Part shown: piece after piece, positions 1 to 13,837 of the stretch
Layout: every line of letters begins with the position of its first letter
How positions within the stretch are numbered: position 1 is the first letter of the stretch
Assembly: GCA_002189035.1 (NCBI GenBank)
Contig: NEEC01000014.1
Location: 930,001-994,000, forward strand
Reading direction: 5' to 3'
DNA: 64,000 nucleotides
DNA from: Utricularia gibba
Lineage: Eukaryota > Plantae > Magnoliophyta
Notes under the pieces: generated by a model
The model's database searches: none
The model's input: only the letters and a program-made list of their open reading frames with translations
What the model was told of the DNA's origin: nothing
Translations under genes and position numbers: made by a program

Positions 1-80
1 TTCACATGTGAATCACGTTTGGGAAATGTTGTTTTTGGGTTGGGTTATGAGAGAAATGGGCTTTGTAGAGGAAGAAAATA

Positions 81-106
81 TGGGCCCGGCCCGGTAAAGT
101 TGGGCT
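81..106 (+). promoter_or_regulatory. Two site II-like motifs (TGGGCC 81-86, TGGGCT 101-106) upstream of NRPC1
   Basis: Motifs read directly. TGGGCY site II elements are typical of plant housekeeping and cell-growth gene promoters. They lie just upstream of a pyrimidine-rich probable 5'UTR. Confidence 0.45.
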
Positions 107-607
107 CAATTGGACAAAGAGGTGCGGTTATGGCCTATTCGACCATTGATGCTTTGAAGACGGCGAGTCCCTTCTTTTCTACGTATCCTCTGAGTTCAGT
201 CACCTTCTTCCAGTGCCGTCGTTGACGGTACAGCAGGAGTTCAAGTCCTCATTGGCATCTTCGTCGTGTCGGACGCCGAGTGCGTGTCCTTTGTACGTTC
301 TCTTCTCCTTCTTAAACAGATGATGACTTTTGAACTCGTTCCTCTGTAGATAATAAAGAGTTAAAAATGTAGTTTTTTTATAGTGCCTGTGAAAGTTTAG
401 TCGTTTAAAGGAGTATTATCGAGAAACAAATGCGTAGTGGCTTGAAACGAAGCATTCAGGGATATAACTTGCTAAGCTTTATCAGAAGAGAGCGGTTAAT
501 CGGATGACTTTTTGCGTAGCGTTTGATGAATTACAGTTCCCCTATAAGTACTAGATTCAGTTAATGTTTTTTTTTTTCTTTTGAGAAGTGGTTGAGCCTG
601 ACGAGTT

Positions 608-622
608 GGGGGGGGGGGGGGG
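608..622 (+). repeat. G15 homopolymer in the probable NRPC1 5' leader intron
   Basis: 15 consecutive G counted in an otherwise AT-rich segment. Confidence 0.9.
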
Positions 623-790
623 ACTGTTTCTATGTACATGTTCTTTGGGGAAATATTTTAGATATGTAAATAGTTGATTTGGCACTGGTTTGTATCAGAG
701 ATTAGACTGGCTTCGAACCGTGCCAGTATTTGCACTAATCTTTTTGGTGGACGACAAACTCCCTGCTCTTGAAGCCCTTTGGTTGGAAAA

Positions 791-3700
791 ATGATGAGTA
801 GGCCTCAAGCGGCTTTGCGGTTCACGAAGGAGCCATATATTGAAGATGCTGGCCCTCGAAGGATGTAAGTCCGTTTAGTACTTTCCTCTGGTTAATTTCG
901 AAGCCAGAAATGTTATGCTTTTTTATTTACCACGGAGAAGTGTAGGATGGTCCACATAGAGTTTTTTTTTTAGGATGATACATATGATGAGGCATATGAT
1001 ACAATGCTAAAGGAGAAACACATTAAGTTGGGAACCAAGAACCTTCGACATAGTTTTTTAAACTGGAGCTTGTGGTTCTTGTCGATTCCTGTAATTGGTC
1101 TCTAATATGAATCACATGCTTGTGTTTCTCATCTTTGTATTCGAGAATTCTTGGAATGGAAAGAAGAAGAGCATGTGATGCCTTTGATAAAACCGTCAAC
1201 TTGATATATTTTTTAGCAAACTCTTGAACTTCAGGGGGAAGTTTTGAATAGAATAAGGTGTGCAAAATTTCCAAAATGCTAGGCTGAAGGGAGTGGGTGG
1301 ATTTAAATGTCTTTTACAATGTGATGTGCATTTTGCATATCTCGGATTCATTTATACTCATTTTCGTCTCATCATATTTAGAGGAAAATATTATTAGCAT
1401 GAATAAGTAACGAGGACTGCCTACATAAAAGTTTTAGTTTCTTGCAGTATGTTCGGTCAAGAGAAGAAATTTTAATAATAGGAATGATTAGTTGTGATGC
1501 AAGCTACTGGACACCAGCTTTTGGAACTGTGATATTTACTACTATAGAAATAAAGTTGAATATCATCACTTTCTCTGGATTTTTGATACCTTAAACCCTG
1601 TATTTATCATTATTCCAGAGAAAGTATTCAGTTTTCTACGCTCTCTGGAGCTGAAGTGCTAAAATCTGCTGAAGTCCAAGTTTACAGGGGATCCTATTAT
1701 GACCCCCAAAGGAAACCTGTCAGCAATGGCTTGCTGGACTCACATATGGTAATGGTTATGGTTTCTCAATTAATCATTTCTGTGTAAGCATTGGATGAAC
1801 CCTTGGAAGGTAGTTCTTGCTGCATGTGTGTGTTTGCTGTGGATGTCTCGGATTTTGCAATATGAATGTTGTGGCACCTTGTTTTGATACTTTCATATAG
1901 TTTGCTTTGTTGCGTTCGAAGTATTCAGTGTCTATCAGACAATTAGCATCTCCTAATGAGCTACAAATTTGCTGCTATCTCGCTGATTCCCTCTAGACTA
2001 ATTTTTTTTGGTGTATTGGTTTGGTTTTGTTTTCAGGGTCCACCAAACAAAAACGGAATATGCGGAACTTGCTCTGGGAACTTTTATGAATGCCCTGGGC
2101 ATTATGGATACTTGCCGTTAGCTCTCCCTGTTTATAATGTTGGATATTTGAGCACCATAGTTGACATATTAAAGTGTATTTGCAAGGTATTGAACGGAAG
2201 CCTTCGTTTTCCTCTCCTGTTATGCAGGAGAAAACACCTTTTGGCTCTAGATTAGTCTGAAGAGTTACTTTTACTCAAACTGCTCTTTTTCAGTGACATG
2301 AGTGCACATTCAAAAGAATAAAAAAATGTAAAGGGCATATCCTATAGTACCTTTTCCTGTTTTAATCATGTCTGGTAAATCCACCATTTTTTATTGTGTT
2401 TTGGAGAAATTTGTTTTTTTTAGCCATCTTAGTTATAGGGTTTGTCATTTCTGATTGTTAACTTTTTTATTTTCTGAAAAGAACTGCTCTCGGGTGCTTC
2501 TTGATGAGAATGAGCGCCAAGAATTTTTAAAGAAGATGAGGGTATCTACGTCTGAGCATTTAAAGAAGTTTGGAATATTTAAACAAATTGTGAAGAGGTG
2601 TAATTCCAAAGCAGCAAGTAACAAAGCTTCGAAGTGCTCCAGATGCAATTTTATCAATGGTAAGTTCTCTAATTTAAGATGGAAGAATAATATGCAAATC
2701 TTGTTTTCTGATTCAAGGACACCAGCTACATGTGTACTTGTAATGAGATGATGGAAGTTATTGGTTTCTCATCGTTGCGTTTATGAGATTTCATAAGCGG
2801 TTGCTTCATTAAGTGCTTATTCAACTTCCGTGCTGATATCAATGCATCTTTTGGACTTGAGGGGTTTTCATGTTGTATCATTATATTTCAGGCATGGTTA
2901 AAAGGGTTGGTATTAAAATTTTGTATGCTCGGGTTGGAGTCGACAAGTGTCTGGAAGAGTCACCATCAACAATGGAGCCCAGAGGAAAATCTTTTCATAC
3001 GCTTGATCCTATGTTTGTTTATCGGCTGTTACTGAGAATGTTGGATAAGGTGTTCTCAACTTGCCTGATTTCTGTTCATATTACTTAAATATATTACTTA
3101 GGTTATTTCTTTTGCATTGTCATATCGTCCTTAATTTGCATTGAATTCTTTGTGGTCTGCAGGATTGTGAGCTGCTTTATCTGAATTATAGGCCTGAAAA
3201 TCTAATTGTAACAAGTATTCTTGTGCCACCAAATTCAATACGACCTTCAGTATTTGTTGATGGTGGAGCACAAAGGTAGCTATGCTATTTTGTCTTCTGT
3301 CTGCTTGCTTTCTTATAGGAGATATTGTGACTATAAAAATAGTTGATGCACGGTTGTTCCCCTTGTTCCCAGAGTTCATACGTGAAAAGCAAGCTTTTTA
3401 ACCTTAGTGTTATTGTAGTTTAATATGGTTTTCCTGGTGCAGTTCCTCCACAATTTCCTTCTTTCTTCCAACTTCAGATTTGCTAACGTACAAAATGAAG
3501 TAGTGACATTATTTCAAGTAACTTTGAATGTCACTGCCATCAATGCCTCGTACTCTCACCCATCCTTCAATATGAAGGCATGGAAGCGGCTGTCCCATTA
3601 GTATAATGGATGAATGTATGAGTTATATTGCCATCAGAACAGTGTGAATAACTCTTGTAATCATGTTCGTGGATGCTGTTATGAGAAATTATTTGATTGC

Positions 3701-6700
3701 TTGTATTTCTTTAAAATTTATCTTCTCTTTTGAAATTCTTAAACAAAATGACAGTGGTTGTGATCTCTCAGTTGATACTGGTGTAACCACATGTGCATGC
3801 ATACTTGTCATCTAGTTGCTTGGTCTACTTTGGGAAAGCTGCATAGACCATTCATTCAGGATTTTAGTGGTTATCTTGCACTGTTGCAGCAATGAGAATG
3901 ATATAACAGAGAGGTTGAAGTACATTATTGAGGCGAATGCTCGTCTTAGCCAGCAGCTACTTGAAACAAGCCTTTACAGAAATGGTGTGGTATGGCGCTC
4001 ATACTTCTGGTTTCTTTTCATGCTTTTTAGATGAGATAAATTCCTGATAGTTCAGCATGTTTTTTCTTTGAACATCAGTCAGAAGTTTGACGCATTGTAA
4101 AATTATGCTGTGATTGTCACCCCAAGTCAAGTATGGTGGCACTGTTGATTGTATTAATACAGTGCTTTGCAGATCAAGCACACAAAAAAACTAAGTCCTG
4201 TATTTTAGCTATTTCAGTGTCATTCCATGCACTCTATTTCTGTCACTGATATTAAAACTTTGAATCTTGGATATTTTTTATTTTGTAATTTTTTTGAAAA
4301 AATATAGGCACCTTAAACTAGTGTTTCTCTCTGTGGAATATTGCATTAGACTACCTGGGACAATCTACAAATGGAGGTTGCTCAATATATTAATAGTGAA
4401 ACTCGTGGACTGATGATATATGATGGTGGGCCCTCCAAACCATTGAGCGGTTTCGTTCAGCGCCTCAAAGGAAAGCAAGGAAGATTTCGTCAGAACTTGT
4501 CTGGGAAGCGTGTAGAGTTTACTGGGAGGACTGTAATATCACCTGACCCAAATTTGAAGATTACTGAGGTTTGACCATTGACATGCTTCTGCAATCAGCT
4601 TACCATTTTTTTTTTACTTATATCATTTTTTTTCTATATCGATAGGTTGCTGTTCCTATACTAATGGCTAAGATTTTAACTTATCCTGAGCGGGTTTCAC
4701 ACCATAATGTAGAGAAACTGCGTCAATGTGTTCGTAATGGCCCCAACAAGTACCCTGGTGCAAAGTATATAAGACACCCTGATGGTACAGAGATGTAAGG
4801 TTAAATGTTTTGTACTTTTTCTCCAAAAAAGACAATCTTGTGCTATACCAATATGATTAGAATAATTACTGCATTTTTTGAGGCATTTTCTTCGATTTTC
4901 ATCTAATTCGCTTTTATCAAGCAGATCATTAAATTTTTCTGGTCGGAAGCGTCATGCGGATGAGTTGAAGTATGGTTACATTGTGCATCGGCATCTTGAA
5001 GATGGAGATGTCATCTTATTTAATAGACAACCAAGTTTACACCGAATGTCAATCATGTGTCACCGGGTAATGTCAATGATGTGGGAAAACAAAATTATTG
5101 TTGAATGAACTGTATGCACCATTAAATCCATTTTATGTATCCATGAATGTCAACTGTTGTTGTAAAAAGCAATAATGTTACCATTAAATGCCTGCAGATA
5201 CAAGAAGCTAAACCTTTAATGGCTTTTTATTTTATGTATGTAATTTAATGATTGTGTGAATGCTGTTTTCAGGCAAGAATAATGCCCTGGCGCACCCTAC
5301 GGTTCAATGAGTCAGTGTGCAACCCCTACAATGCCGATTTTGATGGTGATGAGATGAATATGCATGTGCCACAGACAGAAGAAGCTCGTACTGAAGCTTT
5401 TACGTTAATGGGGGTATATAAGACCCGTGCAATTTTTTTATCATTCATCCTGATCAGCTCTAACAGCGTGTCTTAATGTCTTCTTCACAGTTTCTACGCC
5501 AAGTAAAAAAGTGCTTGCTATGACCATTTTGCAATTGCATTATTTAGCTGCTATTGCTTTTTTATGTCTATATTTTTATGTATTTTCTGTTTGTCAATTT
5601 CATCATGTTATCATAAACTTGAACTGGTAATGAAACATGACAAGATGGGATTTTCTTACAGAACTGGTAATGTTTGTAGTATGAGTTTTATGTACTCAGA
5701 CTAAAAAGCCATGATATGTTTGAATGTAGATTTTGCCATTTCATTAGCTTACTGTTGTTGAATGGTTGCAGGTTCAAAACAATTTATGCACCCCAAAGAA
5801 TGGAGAAATTTTGGTTGCTTCAACTCAGGATTTTTTAACATCATCCTTTGTCATAACAAGAAAGGATACCTTTTATGATCGCTCCACCTTTTCTTTTATT
5901 TGTTCATTTATGGGTGATGGGATGGACCTAATAGATATTCCTGAACCTGCTTTAGTTAAGGTGCGTATTGGAAGTTTAGTTGCACTGCTTTTTCTGATTC
6001 ATTCACTATTGTCCCATTAGGTTTTTCTATGCGGATTCAAAACAGTGTTTATAGCTGGGTTGGAGCTTCATGCATCCTACTTGCATCTCAACTTACCATT
6101 AATAATATTTGATGCCCTTACCCTCTTGTGCCCCTCATCTTACTCTCAACTTCTACATATATCTATATCATTACAATGGTGTACATCTTTAACATTTGAA
6201 ATGATGTAGATTGACAATTTAGCACTGTAAGCCTCTCTAGTTGGAGGATATTTTTAGTAGTGGTTTGATGCTCTGATTTGTGATTCACATTTCTCTTAAT
6301 TGCTTAGAAAAGATTATTTGAAAGGGTAGCGTGCCCATAGGAATATCTAGTGCCTGTTTTCTTTTAAGATCATAGTGATTTACATGTAAGAAAAATGGTA
6401 GAAAATATCAAGTATGGGATAGATTTTAAAATTACCATATTTGTAAAAGTTTTTGTTGGATTATGATACTACCTTATGTCATTTTGCCTCATGTATGTGA
6501 AACTGTGCCACTTAAATATACTGAATTAAATTTTGCAGCCAGTGGAGCTATGGACTGGTAAGCAGCTTTTTAGTGTGTTGTTGCGTCCTCGTGCGAATAT
6601 GAGGGTCTATTTAAATCTTACCGTTGCTGAAAAGAGTTATACGAAAACCAGAGAGACAATGTGCCCGCGGGATGGATTTGTTTGTATACGCAACAGTGAG

Positions 6701-9700
6701 TTAATATCAGGGCAACTCGGGAAAGCTACATTAGGTCGGCTTCTTCTTTTTCATATAATTTCGTGCTGCAGGTTTCTTCTGGTTGATGATTCTCTTGTTG
6801 AAGATTCTTGCTATCACTGTTGTTTTCAGTCGGTTTTACTGAATTTACTTTAGAGAGTGAAGCTGCCTGTTCATTACCTTGCAGGAAATGGGGGCAAGGA
6901 TGGCCTTTATTCTGTTCTTCTTAGAGATTACAGTTCGTATGCTGCAGCCGCTTGCATGAATCGATTAGCAAAGCTGAGGTAATATTTCAAATTGCACATT
7001 GATTAAGAATCATATTGGTCACTTGCAAATTTGTAAGTTTATTATATTCAAGAATGCCTTGTGGGAACTAATTGCTTTTTTATAAAGTCTGTTTTATGGC
7101 TTCAACACCTTTTTATAAGCATCCTTTTCATTGTTCAGGTGAACCTATATTGATTTACATGAATCTGTTCTCACTGGAAATTTCAACAAATTCTTATTCA
7201 TTTGTTTCATGCATTGTCTTGCATGAGCGATTTTGGATAGAAGGCGAGTATATTCTCAGCCTGATCCTGATGAACACATCCCACAATAAAGTTTTAGCTG
7301 AATATTTGTTCAACATAATCTACAGTTTCTTCTTTTTTCAGACAACAATTTTTTAAATAATAATCTTATCCAGTAGGTGATGTGATGTGGTTGTTTAAGG
7401 CCATACTGTCGGTTCCAATAATCAGGATATGCCCAGGGTTGCCTACGGGGAATTTTTTCTTGATTATTTGGACAGCATATCTCACTCTCTTCTTTACTTC
7501 GGTTTTGCTAGTGCTCGGTGGATTGGAAATCATGGATTTTCAATTGGCATCAATGACGTTCAACCTGGTGCTTTGCTGACGAAGGAGAAGAAAATGACTA
7601 TTGATAAGGAGTATGCCCAATGTAATGACTACATAGAGAGCTTTAAGTCAGGAGTGCTGGAGCTGTTACCAGGCTGCAATAGAGCTGAGACTCTTGAGGC
7701 CAAGATTACTGGAACCTTAAATAACATTAGGGAAACAACTGCAAATGTAAGATATAATTCATAAGCTATATTACATATATGAAGAAATCTCTTATGAAGC
7801 TGGAGAAATTTAAATCTTGATGCTGATTGCATTTTAAATCTTCACTCTTCATATATGAAGAGCTCTCTTATACATTTTAAGACATTTCATTTGAACAGTA
7901 TGAGCTGAGCTAGCATCTGTCATAAGCCCTAGGCCTACTCCTGGAGATTGAGATCATGGACTGGCAATAGTACGAGTGGATCAAACAATTATTTTTTCTT
8001 GTTCTTAGCTAGTCATTTGCTTCAATTCTCTGGATAGAAATATTCTAGACTTTTTATTCCATTCTTTCTAGCCATCATTTAGTTTTCATTGTGCAATATT
8101 TTCACGCTTGCTTTGCACCTTGCTTGTATTTTATTCTCTGGTATCCGTGTAATCATTTTCTCTTTAACTGTTTCCGTAGGTTTGTATGAAGAATTTGCAT
8201 TGGCGGAATAGCCCTCTAATTATGTCACAGTGTGGTTCTAAAGGATCTCCCATCAATATTTGCCAGATGGTTGCATGTGTAGGCCAGCAGTCTGTTGGCG
8301 GTCATAGAGCTCCAAATGGATTTGTTGATCGAACCCTACCTCATTTTGAGAGGGGTTCCAAGGACCCAGATGTATGCAATCATGACCTGGTTACTATTTC
8401 ATTTTTATATGTTTTGGATTGCATTGTCATTAATCAGAAGACGTTGACTGCTACCTTCCTACTGTCGGACTTGATTCCAATTGGCTTGCTGATTTCTAAT
8501 TACTGCTCATCTATTTTCAGTATCACTTAAAGCAGCCACATACTAACGTTCAGCTTTGTTGGATATGATTTGTTTGATAGAGAGCATCCAATATTTGGAT
8601 GCTAATCATGCTTCTGCCCTCATTTGTCAAATGGAATAACTTTCTAATGTTTGCCATGGTTTCAGGCTAAGGGATTTGTTCAGAATTCATTTTACACTGG
8701 CTTGTCTGCTACTGAATTCTTTTTTCACACCATGGGTGGTAGGGAAGGCCTTGTGGATACAGCTGTAAGTGCACTTTCTTTGTTCGGGGAAACATTATGT
8801 TCCTTTGGTCATTTTCACCTATAAGAAATTGTGGTGATCCTCTAGCATACGTGGTTGGATTCATGGTATTATGCAGAAGCATTGCACACATGATTTGATG
8901 GATGAGTAATGAATTCTTGAAGTCATTTTTTTAGGAAAAAAGTTGGAATACATAATAGTGAATGGAAACTAAGAATAAAGCACACTATAGAAGGTCTGAG
9001 CAATAACTATCTTGTGGAAGTTAAATGTCTGAGGAGCTGGAGTAGTGTGACATCCTATATCATATATGAGATGAATAGTTTTAAGATCCAGATGCTCCCC
9101 TGATGAACAAAAAGGTTTTGGACTTGATTTGATGGTTGTCACTTATCTCCTAGAATTTTCAGACATGGCTTTCGTTGCTATTTTGCCTTACAAGAAGAAG
9201 AAGAAGAAGAAGAAGAAGAAAAAAGAGATTAAATTGCCTTACAAGAATTTGAAATTTCTGATGTTATTTTGCGAAGTTTTCATCAATTTAATAACACAGT
9301 TATTTGAATATTTGATCTTCTGTAGGTTAAAACTGCAGAGACAGGTTATATGTCCCGTAGGCTTATGAAGGCTTTGGAGGATCTTACGGTTCAGTATGAC
9401 AATACAGTTAGAAATGCTAGTGGTTGCATTGTCCAGTTTATTTATGGGAGTGATGGTATGGATCCTGCTCAGATGGAAGAGAAAAGTGGACTTCCTTTGA
9501 ACTTTGAAAGATTATTTATGAAAGCCAAGGTAATGTATTTTTATGGTTTAATCACCTTTTTAGTTTATTAATGACATCTATTCTTTGCAATACTTTGACA
9601 GGCCACTTGCCCTGCTAAAGGGCACCGGTGCTTAAGAGAGGAAGAAATTGAAAGCATTTTGCTTGAAACAATTGACGAAAAACTCTCTGGGTTTAATTCT

Positions 9701-11971
9701 GTTTCCATGATGGAGCGCCCACAGGATTATGATAAGTGCGTGGACACTTTTGGCTCCTTGTTATTAAACTACATTAAGAGTATCTATCCTAAGTCAAAGC
9801 TTTTTGATAAATTGGATGCTCAAGATATTTCTTCACAAGATCGGAATTATCTAGAATGCATTTCTTCAAGTGTTTTTGGAATTACTCGTCAGCAACTTAT
9901 GGTAATTCATTACAAGTCTGATGGATCATTTCCTTGTTCGCAAGTTTATGACTTATTTTTGTGAATTCCGAAAATTCAGTCTGTTAGCATAGCATCTTCA
10001 ACGAAGTTATATATCAGCTGAGTTTTATGGAGTTATTGCTTTCTTTTTAAAGGTTTTCTTGGAAACATGCATTTCGCGTTACCGTTCAAAGATAGTTGAA
10101 GCTGGGACTGCTGTGGGTGCTATTGGAGGTCATAGTATTGGAGAGCCTGGAACCCAAATGACACTGAAAACGTTCCACTTTGCTGGGGTTGCCAGCATGA
10201 GTATCCTTATCTTTTTATTTGAAGTTTATAATAATCCAATTTTGTTTTTCAGTTTCATTCTTCTTTGATTTTGAATATGTTTCACCTAACCGGTAATAGA
10301 TGTTACACTTGGGGTTCCCCGCATTAGGGAAATAATTGATGCTGTCAAGAAAATCAAGACCCCTATTATTACTACCGAGCTTGAGTGTAACGATAATGAA
10401 ATACTGGCAAAAATTGTCAAGGGACGTATAGAGAAAACTGTACTTGAACAGGTAACTACGTCGCACCTATGTAGGTGATGCTTTGCACTAAATTTCCGGC
10501 ACTTGTTTTTTGTTCCATAGAACTGGCATACTGTGTTCTTCCAATTTCAGTTCCCATGTATTCATTTTCTATGTTTGACTTCATTCTTTTTTTCTTTAGG
10601 TAGCTAAGAGTGTAAAGACTTCTCAGTCATCAAGGTCGGCGTCCATAGTTATTTCTTTGGACATGAAAAGAATACAAGGTGCACAGCTGTCTGTGGATGC
10701 TTATAATGTGAAAGAATCAATTCTTAGAACCCCTAAAATGAAGTTGAGCGAGCAGGTTCAGTGTTCACATTGTCTTAATTTCTATTTGTTATGGCATGTG
10801 TACTATGTGTGTTCTTGCTGATGGATGATAATACTTGATATCATGCAGCAAATTAAGGTTTTGAGCCCAAGAAAGTTGGAAGTGTTCATCGAGGCTGACA
10901 GAAATAGACTTGAATTTGAAATCCATCGTCTCAAAAATAAACTCTCCAAAGTTGTTGTTAAGGTGAAACTGATTGTGAAATCAGATTTCCTTCATTATTT
11001 TTAATTGATGTATTATTTGTTATCTTCTGTCTCATATCTACTATTTTCAGGGTATCCAATCTGTTGAGCGTGCTATTATTGTAAATGACACAAAAGAAAA
11101 AGATCCGAACTCTAGGAAAAAGTTGAAGTTGCTCGTGGAGGGGTAAGTTTCATTGCAATGAATATCCCCCATCTTAGTAATTGATGCTATCTCCATCTTT
11201 TATTTGTGGTTGCCGAGGACTGTTGTGCGAAGGTTCTATAGTGTCTATCTCCATCTTTCATTTTGATGACACTGGATTTTGAATCCCAATAGCCATAGAT
11301 CAAATTTTTTGGCAACTGACCTGGTGGTGCATTTCTGTAGGACTGGTTTTTTGTCAGTTTTGGGCATTGAAGGAGTGGATGCTCACAACACAAAGTCTAA
11401 TCATATCATGGAAGTCCAGCAAACACTTGGAATTGAAGCTGCCCGAAAGCAAATTATCAATGAGATACGATACACCATGTCAAGTCACGGCATGACAATA
11501 GACATTCGGCACATGATGCTTCTTGCAGACTTGATGACAGCCAAGGTACTAATATACACTAAAGCCCCTGAACTCATGTTCTTCCATTCCTTCATACAAT
11601 GTTTTGATTCAATCCCTGCTGCAACATCTTCAGGGTGATGTCTTCGGAATCACGAGAAACGGTATACAGAAAATGGATAAAAGCATACTGATGCTTGCCT
11701 CCTTTGAGAAAACAACAGACCACTTGTTCGGCGCTTCTGTGGGTGGAAGGGTGGACAGGATTGAAGGAGTCACTGAGTGTATCATCATGGGCATACCGAT
11801 GCCTGCTGGCACCGGAATGATGAAGATCAGGCAGAAGTGAGTCCCCATTTCTCTCAGTGTTGAAATTGCCGGCCCGTTTTATTCATCAGGCTGACCCTCG
11901 ACGATTCCTTCCTCTTTTGCAGGTCAGAGCCCGTGAAGCTGGACTACGCCCCTGATCCAATCCTGCGCTGA
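791..11971 (+). CDS. NRPC1: DNA-directed RNA polymerase III largest subunit (C160/RPC1), multi-exon (about 27-28 coding exons)
   Basis: Start [25 protein letters not shown] at 791. Spliced exons give the Zn-site [40 protein letters not shown], catalytic [11 protein letters not shown] (about 5330-5360), bridge helix [27 protein letters not shown] and the Pol III-type trigger loop [12 protein letters not shown]. There are no CTD heptads. Last exon 11923-11971 ends [12 protein letters not shown]. Exon phases I traced were continuous. Confidence 0.97.
9192..9218 (+). repeat. (AAG)9 microsatellite in an NRPC1 intron
   Basis: Nine AAG units followed by an A-rich tail. The poly-K stretch in ORF 9129..9368 is this intronic repeat, not protein. 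Confidence 0.9.
10201..10299 (+). other. U12-type (minor spliceosome) GT-AG intron in NRPC1
   Basis: 5' site GTATCCTT at 10201, branch-like TTCACCTAAC at 10281-10290, AG at 10298-10299, no polypyrimidine tract. Removal joins ATG A|AT GTT to give [12 protein letters not shown]. Confidence 0.8.
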
Positions 11972-12279
11972 ACGTCCTGCTCCCACTTTCTCAGCAGTTT
12001 TGCTCCCAGCACAAAAAATGAACTACTTCTCAGTATATTTAGAATAATTATATAGCATTTGTTAATAGTTGATACAATTTTACATAGTGAGAGTGATTTC
12101 TTCAATAGGTTTTGCCCATGAGGAAGAAAATCAAGTAAAAGCTCCATGTTTACCCGAAAATAATTTATACCATGAACAGCAAGTTCAAATCCAATGGGAA
12201 ACTATAAACTATAAAATAATTTAGTTTTCCCCTTCATACAGCTTGCAGGAAAAGAATGGCGTCGCGTCTTCCTGAGCAG

Positions 12280-13494
12280 CTAAAAGGAATGCTCGTCCTC
12301 TTCAAGAGCGCTGTATATCATCCTACAAGCAAATCAAACCAACAAGGGAGTCTTGTCAGTGTACCGAATCCTCAAGCCTTCCTTCAAATGTGGTATGTCT
12401 AAGGAGTTACCAGAACAAGCACACGAACACGAGAAGTATGATGTGGCCGAGCTTAATGAACCTCTGCTTCTTCTCCCAGCCGAGTTGGTTGAAAATCTCT
12501 GTCACGTCTACGAGGTGTTTACGGCTAAGGTACCTGAATTTTCATGAAGAAAAGCGCAATCATTCCCAGTTAGTGGAAATGGACCTAAATGGGAAGAGAA
12601 ATGTTTGGGCACTTGCAGGGAGAACACTTGGGAGCAGGGCATAGGTGATCTTACAGTCTCACATTGTAGTAGAGGTATGGAACGCAGAATAGTGACATTG
12701 CCCAATGCCCGGTTACTAGAAAGAGAAAGCATAAAATAGCTTGTGTTATGAACTCTGGCATAACAACTTTATTTATCCGAGAGGCAGAGTCGTAAGGGTT
12801 GATATAATCAAATTCTAGATCCGCCAAGCACATGAGCTGCATAGTAAAACAAGAGAGCTGAATCACCATTACCATGCAGCATACAGGATATGGAGTTGCG
12901 CATAAAACATTGCGTGGAGGAATCCAAAGACCGTGAAAACCAGCATAAGTGGCTGACATTTTTCTTACACAACAACCAAGTTGTACACTAACACATACAG
13001 TAAGGCCATACTGATAGAGAAATCTTCCCAGGTAACAAAATTTTCATAACATTTGCTAATGCCAACATTGCTAAATAGATACATCTGCTCAATATTTTTT
13101 AATAAGATCTGTTTTGAGGTCCAAACGTTTGCTCAAGATGACTCCATTCATTAACCTTCAGTTCCTAATGAATCGGGAACGTGAAAAAGATGCAACTTTT
13201 TTCAAGATTCTGATCATGTTTTCTCGAATGGATTCTTACTACAACAAAGCTTGAGTATATGAAACAAAGCAAAAAAAAAAAAATCACCCCAATTTTTTCA
13301 TAGAACTTCACATTTTGCATATGATACATTCCCAGCGCATCAACAGACCTACGAGTATTCCATGTCATGATACATGAACAATCATATAGTCCAAAAAGCT
13401 GCATTACCTGGAAAACAACCATAACAAGGACAACTAGGAGTATCAAGAAAAACAGAAGCCAAAGCAACACATCTGCCATATCCCCCCTCTCCAA
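12280..13494 (-). CDS. CNIH: Cornichon family ER cargo receptor, 4 exons (start may instead be the MADV ATG at 13479)
   Basis: Exons give (MERGD)MADVLLWLLFFLILLVVLVMVVFQ | LMCLADLEFDYINPYDSASRINKVVMPEF..YYNVRL | YLSRKHLVDVTEIFNQLGWEKKQR..LFW | MIYSALEEDEHSF-TAG, with GT-AG sites. DLEFDYINPYD is the cornichon signature. Confidence 0.95.
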
Positions 13495-13630
13495 AACTCG
13501 ACTTCCGCATCAAGGGATTATGATCACAAAGAAACCAACCACACACAGGGCATAAATATACAATTCTCCCAATTGCGATATCGCCGTTATGATTACAAGA
13601 AATTCATACAACAGAAGACTACAGTTAGGT

Positions 13631-13837
13631 TTCGGAAATAAATCGGATATTTTTGGAATTTTGGGTTTGGATTTTGGATTATTTGAATATCTTTAAATAT
13701 GATTCATATTTTTTTTTAAAAAAGTATTTAATACGCATGTTAGAAATATTTAGGTTTAAATTTTTGAATTTACGAATTTTTCAAAAATAATAAAAATTAA
13801 TATTTTTTTTAAATAATATAGACACGGTATTTCCGAA
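13631..13837. mobile_element. Possible degenerate MITE remnant between CNIH and the MLF-like gene
   Basis: Perfect 10-bp inverted repeat TTCGGAAATA (13631-13640) / TATTTCCGAA (13828-13837) enclosing very AT-rich DNA. No target-site duplication recognised. Confidence 0.25.

Noticed and set aside
9129-9368. ORFs with poly-K or poly-F runs (also 15123..15356, 15166..15525, 43816..44244)
   Set aside because: They are translations of intronic microsatellites and homopolymers.
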